Shown: positions 1 through 11,914 of the stretch, piece after piece
Numbering within the stretch: the first letter of the stretch is position 1
Layout of the letters: every line of letters starts with the position of its first letter
Source: the human T2T-CHM13v2.0 reference genome, Homo sapiens
Length of the DNA stretch: 64,000 nucleotides
Direction: 5' to 3' (one strand)
Assembly (NCBI RefSeq): GCF_009914755.1
Contig: NC_060927.1
Position numbers and translations under genes: made by a program
Notes under the pieces: model-generated
Databases searched by the model: none
Told to the model about the DNA's origin: nothing
Seen by the model: only the letters and a program-made list of their open reading frames with translations

Positions 1-129
1 CCTTTTAGATGTGGACTTTACTTATCTGGATATGTTAACATCCCCTCTTAGGAGCATCGGCATGTGAACATCAGTGTTCCAGTTGGCCTAAGTGTCTTAG
101 GATCATACAATATGGACTTGATTCTAAGG

Positions 130-949
130 GAGAGGTTGGAAAACTATGTTTTGGAGGCCAAATTTGACCATGGCTTGTTTTTGTACAGCGTTTGAGACAA
201 AAAAATAGTTTTTATATTTGAAAAGGGTTGCAAAACATAAAAAGAACATATAGCTAAGAGAGGATGTGGAGAAACAGGAATACTTTTACACTTTTGGTTC
301 AATAGTTCAACCATTGTGGAAGTCAGTGTGGCAAATTCCTCAAGGATCTAGAACTAGAAATACCATTTGACCCAGCCATCCCATTACTGGGTATATACCC
401 AAAGGATTATAAATCATGCTGCTATAAAGACACATGCACACGTATGTTTTTGTGGAACTATTCACAATAGCAAATACTTGGAGCCAACCCAAATGTCCAT
501 CAATGGTAGACTGGATTAAGAAAATGTGGCACATATACACCATGGAATACTATGCAGCCATAAAAAAGGATGAGTTCATGTCCTTTGTAAGGACATGGAT
601 GAAGCTGGAAACCATCATTCTCAGCAAACTATCGCAAGGACAAAAAACCAAACACCTCATATTCTCACTCATAGGTGGGAATTGAACAATGAGAACACTT
701 GGACACAGGAAGGGGAACATCACACACCGGGGCCTGTCATGGGGTCGGGGGAGGGGGGAGGGATAGCATTAGGAGATATACCTAATGTAAATGACAAGTT
801 AATGGGTGCAGCACACCAACATGGCACATGCATACATATGTAACAAACCTGCACTTGTGCACATGTACCCTAGAACTTAAAGTATAATAAAAAAATAAAA
901 TAAAATATTTACTATCTGGTCTTTAATAGGAGAAGTTTGCTGACCTCTG
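130..949 (+). mobile_element. MER58-type hAT-Charlie MITE, split by an L1 (pieces ~130-257 and ~902-949)
   Basis: 5' part resembles MER58 (ggttggaaaacta..ggccaaatt..tgtttttgtacagc); 3' part aaatatttactatctggtcttta..aagtttgctgacctctg matches the MER58 end. Confidence 0.7.
258..904 (+). mobile_element. 5'-truncated L1PA (about PA5-PA6): ORF2 C-terminus, 3' UTR and poly(A)
   Basis: ORF 434-685 is the L1 ORF2 end (..[21 protein letters not shown]); G-rich 3' UTR and A-tail follow. Confidence 0.93.
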
Positions 950-2576
950 ATCTAAGGTCATGTTTACATATTTTTAAAAAATCTTTTAAAGTCCCCGAGT
1001 TTGTTACATGTTACAGCTTTTGTCTATTATGGGAGTAAAAGTTGCCTCCTTTCCTTATTTGACTTCAAGGTGAAAAAGGGCAAAGTGCCTTACGATGTTG
1101 GGTTGCATTTACTGAAAATATCTTCTGTAAACACACACAGAAGAACAGCCTTAAGATAAAGAATGCTTTCAAAAAGGAAATGTGTAAGGCAAAATTGTTC
1201 TGTCCATAAATGTTAATTTCCCTTTGCCTACTTTAGCTATTATCTGCCCAGCTATCCAGCTATCTCACTAGGATGTTGTAAACTGAGATAAAAAGGGATC
1301 TGAGCCCTTCACTACGTGCTATATTGATCCAAAGCATTGCTATGGTAATTTATTATTGAAGAGATTATAAATGAGAAACTCTTCTGCAAGAAAAACTACT
1401 CTAGGAGAAAGTTTGGAGGCAACAGTGTTACCTTGCTATGTATAATACTTTGAAGTATTTTTTCGTATCTGAAACCTCTATTTTCTACTCCCTCTTCTAA
1501 ATCTCTATAGCAGGTGAGCTCCATTTTCTGTGTCATGGACTAACAGTAGCCACCTTGCTTGCTATATGCCCCATAGCTCAAAAGTAAATTTCCATGGTGA
1601 TGAATAAACTTGAAGGAAAAAAAAATGGTACTATGGACAAAAACATTGAGTGGACATAAAAGGGAAATGTAGAATTCTATTATTTTAAAGCAATAAGTAC
1701 ATTATGCCTTATCTAGTTCTTTGTTACTATAAGGATAAAATGCCTTGCTCTGACAGTAGTGGACCAGGACCAGGTCCTAGGGCTCTTAAGTGCCTGTCCA
1801 GTATCCTCGTCATTACTTTTTGCAATAAAAATAAATGGAAATAGGATGAAAAGACAAAACATGGAGCTTGAAAAACAAGAAAACGAACGAAAAATGAAGT
1901 ATGTAAGTACATGTTTAAAAGTTTATAGAAAATGACACACAGGATCTCCATGTGAGGAGAAATAGAAAAGTAGATATAAAGTATGTGACACACTGGCAAT
2001 GTATGTTCTTATTCACCAATGCCAGGATTATCCCTAGTGAACTTGGGCCAAATTACCATGACAATAATTAGCTCTAGCACTTTGACAGATCATTATGAGA
2101 ACATTAGCAGGGCATTAGTGAGCATTACCCATTTTTCACACATTGATTAGATGCCATAGTTGGCTCATTAGTGTATTGGTGTCTAACAGCTGCAATCTAA
2201 CTAGTACTTTCCTCCTTCAGCTGAGATCTAAACCTACTAACCTCAGACCAAGCCATGTAAAGGGACTTTGTTAAACAAGTACATGCTCATTTCACTTGTT
2301 TAAGAAAAAAACTCATTAATCAAGCCAGAGAATTATTTGGCCTATCTCTGCTTGGCAATGAACAGTAATCTACCATCTTTCTCTGATTAAAATGACATGT
2401 TAAGCAATTTAGAAAAAAATACCACACCAGTATCCTCCACAATTTATCTGATTACTTCCTAGCCTGCTGCTACCTCACGTCTCAATTTGGGATGAGGTTA
2501 CCTCTTTATTCTGAAGAATATTCTCATATTTTGACCATCTCATTCATCAATTGCTTTGGCTTCTGAAATCAGTAGC

Positions 2577-2766
2577 TTAGTTGTTCTCAACAGTCTGTAC
2601 ATTAGGATCACCTAAAAATATTTCATAGACACCCTATGATGCATGGCCTACATCTCAGCCCAATTGAATCAGAATTTTTGGAAGTGGGACCTGGGTATCC
2701 ATATTGATTTATTTTCTTATGCTCACAGAGTGAGTCTGCAGCACACTGGGGGTTGAGAATTACTGT
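2577..2766. mobile_element. MER5-family DNA transposon relic
   Basis: gttgttctcaa..attaggatcacct..gaatcagaattt..gtgggacctggg..gttgagaattactg. Confidence 0.65.
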
Positions 2767-4156
2767 ATTCTGAAACATATAATTAGACCCATTAGCCTAG
2801 GATACAGAGTGAGGTGGGATATATACAGTGATAAAGTTAACAAATCAGCTGGATTACTCCCAATATTGATGACAGATGGTGCATTGTTCTCAGTACATGC
2901 AAACGTTCTAAAAATTAGAAGCAGAGAAAAGGTAGCTTTGAGGAGGTGTTTCGTGATTTTTTTCCTTTTCTTGCATATCACCACCTGTCCACCCACACAG
3001 AAAACACATTTAATTTTGAGTCACATATTTTAATAGGTACAATTTTCTCACACTATTTTATAAGTAATTATGTTTTTCTAATTCAAAGCAGTCCAGCATG
3101 GATAACCAGGGCAAAGCTCTATGCTCCCTTTCTTACCTTTCACTTTCAAAAGCTGTATGTCAAAACAACACCGACTAGAATACGTGAAATGAATTATTGA
3201 GGTGCTGGGCACTAAGCAGTCACTGAGTCTAGCTGGATTATAGGACAAGCAGGGGTGCATGTAAGTTACTGAGCTTCACTCAGTCACAGGGTCAGAATCT
3301 AGCTCCTTTTATTTCCATAGGAAACTCAAGAAGGAATGAAAAAAAAAAACACAAAACCAAAGAGAAAGAAGGCGAAAAGGAAACGCTATGTTTATATGAC
3401 TCTTTCCCTAAGAGTCTAAAAAGAGATTGAAATTAGGGAGAATTGAAATCAGCCACATCACCTTGGCCAAGATATTTCCCATATTCTGGATTCAGTTTCT
3501 ATATACATCACTCGAGAAAGTTGGTTAAAATCCTTTAATTCTCAGCAAGCTTTAAAGTGTTATGATTCTATGAGACAACTTCTTAGAACACAAATAGTAA
3601 GGTGTACATAAGCTGACTTCAGCCATGTAAGGATGCCATGCAAGGATTTATTTTTTATTATTCCCACTATTTGAGAGCACTCTTAAAGATGCAAGGAAAA
3701 CAGTAAATTGTAACTTCACAAGGGCCAAGTTGAATCTCAAATCCAAAGAGGCTGCTGTGTAGGGAATTTGAAGCCTATCCAGTCTCTACTTCAGTGTGAT
3801 GTCCCTATTCTCTATGCATCTTTGCAAATTTAAGGATTCACAAAAGTCTCAGTCTATTATTATTAAGAGACTCATGATTATTAAGAGACTCTTGTAAGTC
3901 ACCCTGTATTTTATTGGAATGTCTTTCCTTAATAGGTCTGCTTATTTTTAAATATCTATCTGTCTAGTTACCATTTGGGAAATTGAACACAACAGGCAAT
4001 TTAAAAGATAATGAATGCTTTGAGTACTGTTTGGGGTAGTGTTTTATATAAGCCAAAGAAGATTAGCCTTTGTGGTGTTAGTAGGTATGTGTATATTAAA
4101 ATTTTTGAGTTGTGTATAAAAGAAATAAAGCAAGGAATAGTTATTATTATTGACAT

Positions 4157-4184
4157 TACTACTACTACTACTACTACTACTATT
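4157..4184. repeat. (TAC)n microsatellite
   Basis: tactactactactactactactac run. Confidence 0.9.
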
Positions 4185-4187
4185 ACA

Positions 4188-4410
4188 AATAACCACCATT
4201 TACAGAGTAACCATGGGCCAGAAACTGTGCTAATTACTTATGTATTATCTTATTTAATCCTCAAAAAACTTTGGGAAATTCTTACTATTATAACTTCATT
4301 ATATAGATGATGAAACTAATTTTGAGAGATCACATGAATAGTAAAGCAGTAGAGGCAGGTTTGCAACCCAGATCTGCTTAAAAACCCTAAAGCTCCTAGT
4401 ACATAGTAAC
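4188..4410 (-). mobile_element. MIR
   Basis: catttacagag..actgtgcta..atttaatcctca..tatagatgatgaaact..tttgcaacccagatctg matches the MIR core. Confidence 0.7.
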
Positions 4411-4703
4411 TGCCAATAACACAATGGTTAAGATCACGGGATTGGAGTCAAAGGGGTATCTGAGAACCTCTTCTCTCTCCAATAGATCCTATATTCAGGT
4501 ACAGAGCTAATTTTTCTGAATCCAGTTCTGACCAGAATTTTCTGATTAAAAGAAAATGCTCATGCCTTTATATCTCCTACCTCCAAAATTCAACCATCTC
4601 AGGCAGACATTCAAGGTACCCCACCATCTGGTCATAGTCTACATTGCCAGTCTTACTGCTCACTAATCCTCTACAGCATCCTAACACAGTCATATAGTAC
4701 ATA

Positions 4704-5008
4704 TTCTTCTCTCTCTTTCTCTAAGAGAGATGGGGTTTTGCTCTGTTGCCCAGATTGGAGAACAGAGGTGCTATCCTAGCTCACCGAAGCCTCAGCCTCC
4801 TAGGCTCAAGCAGTCCTCATACCTCAGTCTCCCAAGTAGGTAGGAATGCAGACGCACATCACCACACTTGGATAACTTTCATATTTTTTATAGAGATGGT
4901 ATCTTGCTATGCTGCCTAGGCTGGTCTCAAAGTCCTGGGCTTAAGTGACCCTCCTGCCTTGGCTTCCCACAATGCTGGGGTTACAGGTGTGAGCCACTGA
5001 ACCTGGCC
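4704..5008 (-). mobile_element. AluJ
   Basis: Diverged full-length Alu with J diagnostics (ctcaagcagtcctc); degenerate TSD agtaca(ta)ttctt on both sides. Confidence 0.88.
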
Positions 5009-5709
5009 AGTACATTCTTTTCATTTAGGTAAGATGCCATTTTCCATCTGGAGCCTGCAGGGAAGCCTTAATGGAAGAAGCAACATTTAAACTGGATCTT
5101 GAAGGATGACTAGAATTTTGATAGATGGAGGCTGAAACAATGAAGGAGGAGAAGTAAACATCTGAGAAGATATGTCTGGTCAAATAAACTCATGGGCTAA
5201 GATACAGAAGAACAGAATATATTAGGACACAACGTTTATCTTATATAGAGAGTCAAGGACAACAGTGGCAATTACATTTAGAAATAAAATTTGGGATCAC
5301 ATGAGGGAGAACATGGATATCAGCCTAAGAAGTATTGACTTTATACTGTAAGCATATGTAACTAAAAAAGGTTTCTAATAATGTAGCATTGACAGGAGTA
5401 GCATTTAGATAGGAAAATTAATCAGGGTCTGGCACTCAGGATAAATGGAGAGGTAAAAATCTAGAACCAGAGTGACTGTTTAAGAAACTCAGGAGAGGCT
5501 CCAGGAATAAAGGTATATGGACAGAAAATGCCCAAGCCTGACTATTTATAATGTCCAGCATTATAAATAAGGAATCACTACAATTAGAACAATTTAGATA
5601 TTCAATGTCAGATACAGAAGAGTCAGAGAACATCTAATATATACAGAGGTGTTCAGTAAATGTTAGTTGACAGGGTAAATGAGTTTAAGCATTCCAGAAC
5701 CATAGTCCA

Positions 5710-5785
5710 AATATCACATGTACCCTAAAAATATGTGCAACTATGTATCAATAAAAAACTAACAAACAAAAACTAACAAAAAAAC
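5710..5785 (+). mobile_element. L1M 3' terminal fragment
   Basis: atatcacatgtaccctaaaaatatgtgcaacta..tatcaataaaaaa followed by an A-rich tail. Confidence 0.65.
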
Positions 5786-6048
5786 TTAGTCCAAAGGTTC
5801 CGTACACAAAAGACTGAATTGAAGCATGAAAGCAGTGTTTTAGGGTTCTCTTTCCCCCATGGAAAAGATGGTAAGTTGGGGTAAAGATGTGAGTATCTAA
5901 ATGAGAAGGCAAACAACATCGGGATTTCCTAGTGAAAATAAAAAAATAATATAGAAACTGAAATTGAGTCACTGCCACATCATACATGCATATAGTTGTA
6001 GATACAGAAATAGCTATAGATTTGATGTAATTGAAAATATCTACTTTT

Positions 6049-6279
6049 GCCGGGCGCAGTATCTCACGCCTGTAATCCCAGCACTTTGGGAGGCTGAGGC
6101 GGGTGGATCACAAGGTCAGGAGATGGAGACCATCCTGGCTAACACGGTGAAACCCCGTCTCTACTAAAAATACAAAAAAGAAAAAAAAAATGAGTTGGGT
6201 GTGGTGGCGGGTGCCTGTAGTCCCAGCTACTCGGGAGGCTGAGGCAGGAGAATGGTGTGAACCTGGGAGGCGGAGCTTG
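6049..6279 (+). mobile_element. AluY, 3'-truncated
   Basis: Y diagnostics (ctggctaacacggtg, gaatggtgtgaacc, ggagcttg); stops at ggagcttg without the last ~55 nt. Confidence 0.9.
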
Positions 6280-8365
6280 TGTAAAAATAAAAGACCATAA
6301 GAATATACCCACATTTGAATTGGTGGTGGGGGCAAGTAGAGAGAGAGGGGCATTTTGGCCAAGAAAGGAACAGACATGCTGAAGATGGTGTAGTAGTGGA
6401 GCAAATATCACAGAAGCATGAAGAAAAAAAATGAGGCTACTTGACTGAGAAATTAGGAAGTCATTAGCAATATGCATACATTGACCCTATTTTTCAGATT
6501 TCAGAAAACCTTTTGGTTGATTCACCCAAAGGAAAAGGTGGAGGGAGTGATGTTGAGTGTTTTTTGTTTGTTTGTTTGTTTTAGCTTTTGATTCTCAATT
6601 GTTCTTGCCATTTTACAGCTCTGCTCAATTTACACCCAGAGCTGCCTCTATCACTCAAAGGCACATTACTCTGGAATTGACTGGATCTAACTAAAGGACC
6701 TTTCTAATTTCAGAAATCTTTCTTTAAATGAACATAAGGGCTCTAAAACGCACGAAAATATTTTACTAAATGCCAACAGAAAGCTCTGAGGAAGAAGAGG
6801 CAGATAGAATACACGCTGCATCTCTTTACTTCTTTTCCAAAGTGTTTGCCCAACAATTTGGGGAAGATTTGATTTTCAGCTTCACTGTCTTCTCTCTTTC
6901 TCTGCTCCTTATTCCCAATAAACAAAGTAAAGAGCCTGAAATATCCAAAATGTTCATTTGAAGATAATGCCAAAGTAATCTGGCAAAATATAACTATAGC
7001 TCTTTTCACCAATCCTATAATGTACATTGGGATCACAGTTCTGAAAGTTCTGGGCACAAGCACATTTGAAGGTAAATCAAGGCTGACGGCAGGCATCTTA
7101 AACAAACAAACAAACAAAAAGCAACAAAAACAACAAAAACGACAAGAACAAAGAAAAAGATGAGCCCAATAGAAAATAAATTGGCATTAAGAAATAGGAG
7201 GCCAGGCCAGAGAAAGAGGAGGTGCAATTGCAAATCTCCAGGAGAGCATTGCTATGCAAAAGCAAAAGGAACCAGTCAAGAAACCCAAGTTCTAATTGCA
7301 GATGTTACCTTTGTGTCTTGGAGGGATGGGAAAAAGGTTTTTAGCAGTCAGACAGGATGCTGAGACTTCTCTCCTGACCTTGGGCCAAGACAATCTGCTT
7401 TTTAACTGGAGGCAACTGTAATCCATTCTGTGAACAGATGGCATAGAGGAAAAAATGCAAACACAGGCTCTCTAGTGTCTCTTCCAAAAGCTAGCCTACC
7501 TCCAGCTGTGGTAGAATAGGCAAAAGATGATTTTTTTTAAAAAGGTGCTAGTCTGTATGGGAGAGTCGTGTTAAGAACAGAAAAGATGCTGTCTAACAGA
7601 CTGATAGGCAGAGAGGACCTGCCTTGGCCACAGTGATGCTGGATAAATTTGTATTGCAATCATTTTTATATCAGTTATATCTCTTAACTCTTTTGGATCA
7701 TCCATGATTTCCCCCTCCAAAACAGGCCTGTATTCCTTGTCCCTCTAATAATAACAAAACATTCTGGGTATTTCTCATTTGGACTACTTGAAAGCCAGAA
7801 ACTTCATTGCTAAATTTGGTCAGATGATTTACTAATGCACGGCAGGGTCACAGGAAACGATGTAGCAAGAGAAAACCCTTCCCTGGATATAAATCAAAAG
7901 GAAAATACACATGCAAGAATGAATGCCCATGAAATGTCCAGTGGTGGATAGTATCAGCTTTGAACATGATGTTCATTTATCTTCTGTGTTGGAATCCTCT
8001 ACTGACTTCTGAACCTAGAACATATTGACATCAATATAACTATCACTAATTCTGTGAAATTTTATTTTATTTAAAATAATAAAAAAGTAATATTAGACTT
8101 AATACAAACTCTAATTACTAAGAGAAGAATGTGAAGATTTTAGCCCAAGGAATGAGCACTCCCATAATTAACTCTTACTGCTGCATAATGTATAGTTAAA
8201 CAAAGGGTGACAGTTTTAGCTGGAACATTAAATGTCCACCAGTTGTGAATGCTACAGATAGAAATTTCTGTAATGGGTGGCAACTTGGACTTGATTACCT
8301 CAGAAGGACCTTCCAGGTAAAAAAGTCAATGTATCTTCTATACTTAAATTATATATGTATGTATG

Positions 8366-8366
<1 letters not shown>

Positions 8367-8401
<35 letters not shown>
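8367..8401. repeat. (CA)n microsatellite
   Basis: Pure CA run. Confidence 0.95.
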
Positions 8402-8402
<1 letters not shown>

Positions 8403-8815
8403 TTAGTTACATTCAGCAACATTCGTGGATAGCAACCTGGTGCCAAACATGCTTTGAAGGATCTAGGATTTTCAAAGATAAATAAAGACACCATAACCAA
8501 GACACTGTAAGCAGTGGGATATGTTTCACTTTGGAGACTAAAGGTGCCATAGTTTCATGATGAAATGAAAGCCAATTCTTCCCAGTTCAGTTAGAGAAGA
8601 CTTCACATAGAAGGTAAAGCTTGAGCGGGATCTGCAAGAATGGGGGTTAGTTTACCAGGCAATCAAAAGACAGAGGTTAGTTAAGGGCATTCCAAAGAAT
8701 AGTCAGGTATGAGAGCAAGGAAATGTATAACAGCATGGTGCAGTTGAGATAATGGAAGCAGTTCTGCAGAGTTGGAAAGGAATGCAAGTAGGCAATGGAA
8801 GAAAAGGCAAGGACC

Positions 8816-8999
8816 ATTAGCTGGGCATGGTGGCATGCAACTGTAGTCCCAGCTACTCAGGAGGCTGAGGCATGAAAATTGCTTGAACCTGGGGATGGAG
8901 GTTGTAGTGAGCCCACATGACATTGACATTGCACCACTGTACTCCAGCCTGGGCAACAGAGTGAGACTCCGCCTCAAAAAAAAAAAAAAAAAAAAAAAA
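8816..8999 (+). mobile_element. 5'-truncated Alu (right arm) with poly(A)
   Basis: Right monomer only, long A tail, TSD aaaaggcaagga on both sides. Confidence 0.9.
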
Positions 9000-9424
9000 G
9001 GCAAGGAACGTGCTTACAGTAACAATAATATCCATATATTCTGCAGACAGTTGGGAGCCTATGAAGTGTCATTCCTTCTCAGGAGATTTTTGTCAGTGGT
9101 CTGCTCATATCCTTTCCAATCTCCTACCATTTTCATGTACACTGCCTTCCAGCGGGGTTCACTCAGAACAGCTGACACCTGAAAGTCTTTGTCAGTGGGC
9201 TCTCCTTGGGCTGCTGGTTTGTTCTAACAATATAGAGCTCCTCAAGTGAACAGGATTTAAATTTCCCTTAGAACATCTCTGTGGAGTTGAGCCAAAGTTG
9301 TCCACAGCAGGATTTTGCATCATATTGCACTCCCATTTGGGGTTCTTCCCATTGGTTATCAATTTTTCTACTTCTGTACTGATTTTTCCAGGGAATGATT
9401 CCGGGGAAATCACTTTGATAGTAC

Positions 9425-11914
9425 TGATGTCAGCAGCGGACCGTCTGGAGCGGCTGCTGCCATCGCGCTGGCAGTAGCGGCAGGAGCAGCTGCGGGAGCA
9501 GCAGTGGCGGTGGTGGGACCCCTGTGCCCCGCCCCCCCCGTGCCCCATGTCCCCGAGGCCGCTGACTGCGCTGTCCCACCCTTGTGCAGCCAGGCAGGAC
9601 CCACTCGCAGGCCAGGAACCTCTGCTGCTCCAGACCCTGGCCCTGCATCGCCACTCTCGCCTGCTGCTGCTGCGGGGAGGGCATGGGAAGGAGGCGGACA
9701 GTCTTTGGAGCCTGCCCCTGGGAGACTTCTGGAGCCCACCACCCTGGGGGCCACCACAGTGGGGTTGGGTGGAGGGTCGCTCACTAGCGGGGGAGCAGTA
9801 TGACTGGGCAGGAAGCAGGGCGCGGGGGTGGCAAGGAGGGGCCCAGAGGCAGAGCTGAACCAGGGCAGTGCCACGTTTGTACTGATTTTTCCAGGGAATG
9901 ATTCCGGGGAAATCACTTTGATAGTACTGATGGCAGCAGCAGACCGTCTGGAGCGGCTGGAGCATGGGGGCTGAGCCCGGGGTGAGAAATGGGAGCAGTG
10001 ACTGGTGCCCACTTCAGGGATCCAGCCAGCAGTGTGGCCACTGCACTCACCCCCAACTGATGGTGTCGGTTTCTTGCGCCTTGGGAAGAGGCTTCTCTGC
10101 CTGGGAAGAGGTTCTCTGCCAGGCTGCCCAGGGCCACATCCTGAGGCCCACCCTCCATCAGGGTGACTGCCAACCCTGACACTCCAAATGGCCAGGCCCA
10201 GGGCTTCAATCCACTCCCAAAGGCACCCCATGGGCAGGGCCATGAGCCTGGTGATGGGGAGCCTTGGGCCACAGCATCCAGACCATGGAAAGAAATTGCG
10301 GAGATATCACACCTGCCCTGAAAGCCTGCCCAGGCCCAGCAAGAACCTGAAGCTCCCACACCAGGCTACAAAGAGGCATGGCCGGGGTACACATTCCACT
10401 GAGCCAGTGGGAGCTGGGGACAAGCGGGAGCCCTGCCCATTTTGAGTTGGTGGAGTGGGAACTCTCCAGGTGCAGCTACAGCCACCCTTCCACAGCTGCA
10501 GACTCAGGCATCTCTGCACTCTAGGGGGCCTGGGAAGGTCCTCCTACCTCCCACAGGCTGGAGGGTGTCTGCTCCCACTGCCTGGCTTCTCCCCACTGTT
10601 CACACTTGCTCCAATCTCAGAGTAAAGTCAGGGGCCAAGCCCAGGTGCTGCTGTCACAGCCCAGCTGGGGGTGCACACACTCACGGCAACGCTGACATGC
10701 CAGCTCCCTGCCACCTCAGCCTCCTCTGGACTTAGGGCACTGACAAGCACAGGAGAGAGGCTGAGGCGGTGCTGAGGACAGCCTGGTGCTGGCCTGAAGG
10801 TGCCCCTTGGCATGAAAAGCCTGGGCATCAGCAAGCAAGCTCCTGGGTGGAACCAGGTGGGTCCCTGGTGAAGCTCCACCTTCTGGTTGGGGAGGGTCTG
10901 AAATCAGGGGGCTGGGCTGCCAGTCCCATGGACCAGAGGGGAAACTTGTGGTGCTTTTCCCTGGGCCTGCCCATGGTCACCCATGGACCAATCAGCATAC
11001 ACTTCCTCTGAGGCTCATAAAAACCCAGGACTCAGCCAGACTTGAGCAGAGGATAGAGAGACAATGGGGAGATGACGGGATGACAAGCTACAGAGAGGAG
11101 CTGCCCATCCCAGGGTCTCCTCTCTGTTGAGAACTAAGGAAATGATGGGACAAGTTGCTGCAAAGAGGAACCACCCTCTCTGCTGAGAGCTGGACACTTG
11201 ATGGGACACCTTGGCTATGGAGACAAGCTGCCCACTGGGGGTCTCCTCTGAGCTGTTCTATTGCTCAATAAATCTTCTCTTCATCTTGCTCACCCTCCAC
11301 TTGTCTGCATATATCATGCTTCCAAGTCGCAGGACAAGAACTTGGGACCTGCTGAATGTCGAGGCTAAAAGAGCTGTAACACACACAAACAGAGCTAAAA
11401 CATGCCCTTTGCCCATGACACTGTGGGCAAAGAGAAGGAGAGAAGAGCTGCAGCCCTTCAGAGAGCCCAGACCTAGGAACTCCCCAAGCCAGGGCTGTGA
11501 CTCCCTCTTTGGGCCCCTGTGGTTCCTGGTATCTCCAAGTTTCTAGGCATCAGTGCATTCCCTGGTGCCAGCTGGGTAAACGGCTTGCAGTGCATCTGGT
11601 CTAGCTGCAGCCTCACAGAGAACCAGTGCCCGTTATGGCACCTGGAGCTGCCCTCCCTGAAGCAATAGCCAGTGCATCTGACAGTGCACAGTGCCTGGAC
11701 CCCACGCTTGCTCACATACCCCTCACTGCCCCATGTCTGACTTACAGTCTCCCTTGGAGGTGTGGGACCCAGGCTGGTAGTGTGAGTCAAGTGCAGCCCA
11801 CCAGGCTGAGTGGGTGGAATGAGCCCAGCAGGCCCGAACAAAAACTCAGGCAAAGACACCACTAACCACAGAGTTTTCTAGCCAGAAAAGCAGCACCCCA
11901 AAGATCCCATAACA
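9425..11914 (+). mobile_element. MER52-family (ERV1) long solo LTR, probably MER52D-like
   Basis: Begins TGATG.CAGCAGCGGACCGTCTGGAGCGGCTGCTGCCATC and ends ..CCCCAAAGATCCCATAACA. GC-rich, with CCAAT (10988), TATA-like cataaaa (11016) and AATAAA (11267). Confidence 0.8.

Noticed and set aside
9375-9959. Direct repeats read as a CRISPR-like array, att sites or paired LTRs
   Set aside because: There are only two copies, they span a host/LTR junction in primate DNA, and no associated genes are present.
9192-10359. Longest ORFs in the track (257 aa and 277 aa, minus strand) as a novel gene
   Set aside because: They lie within a GC-rich LTR where stops are rare. The low-complexity P/A/G/S translations overlap in several frames, and the repeated peptide [18 protein letters not shown] simply reflects the 82-bp duplication.
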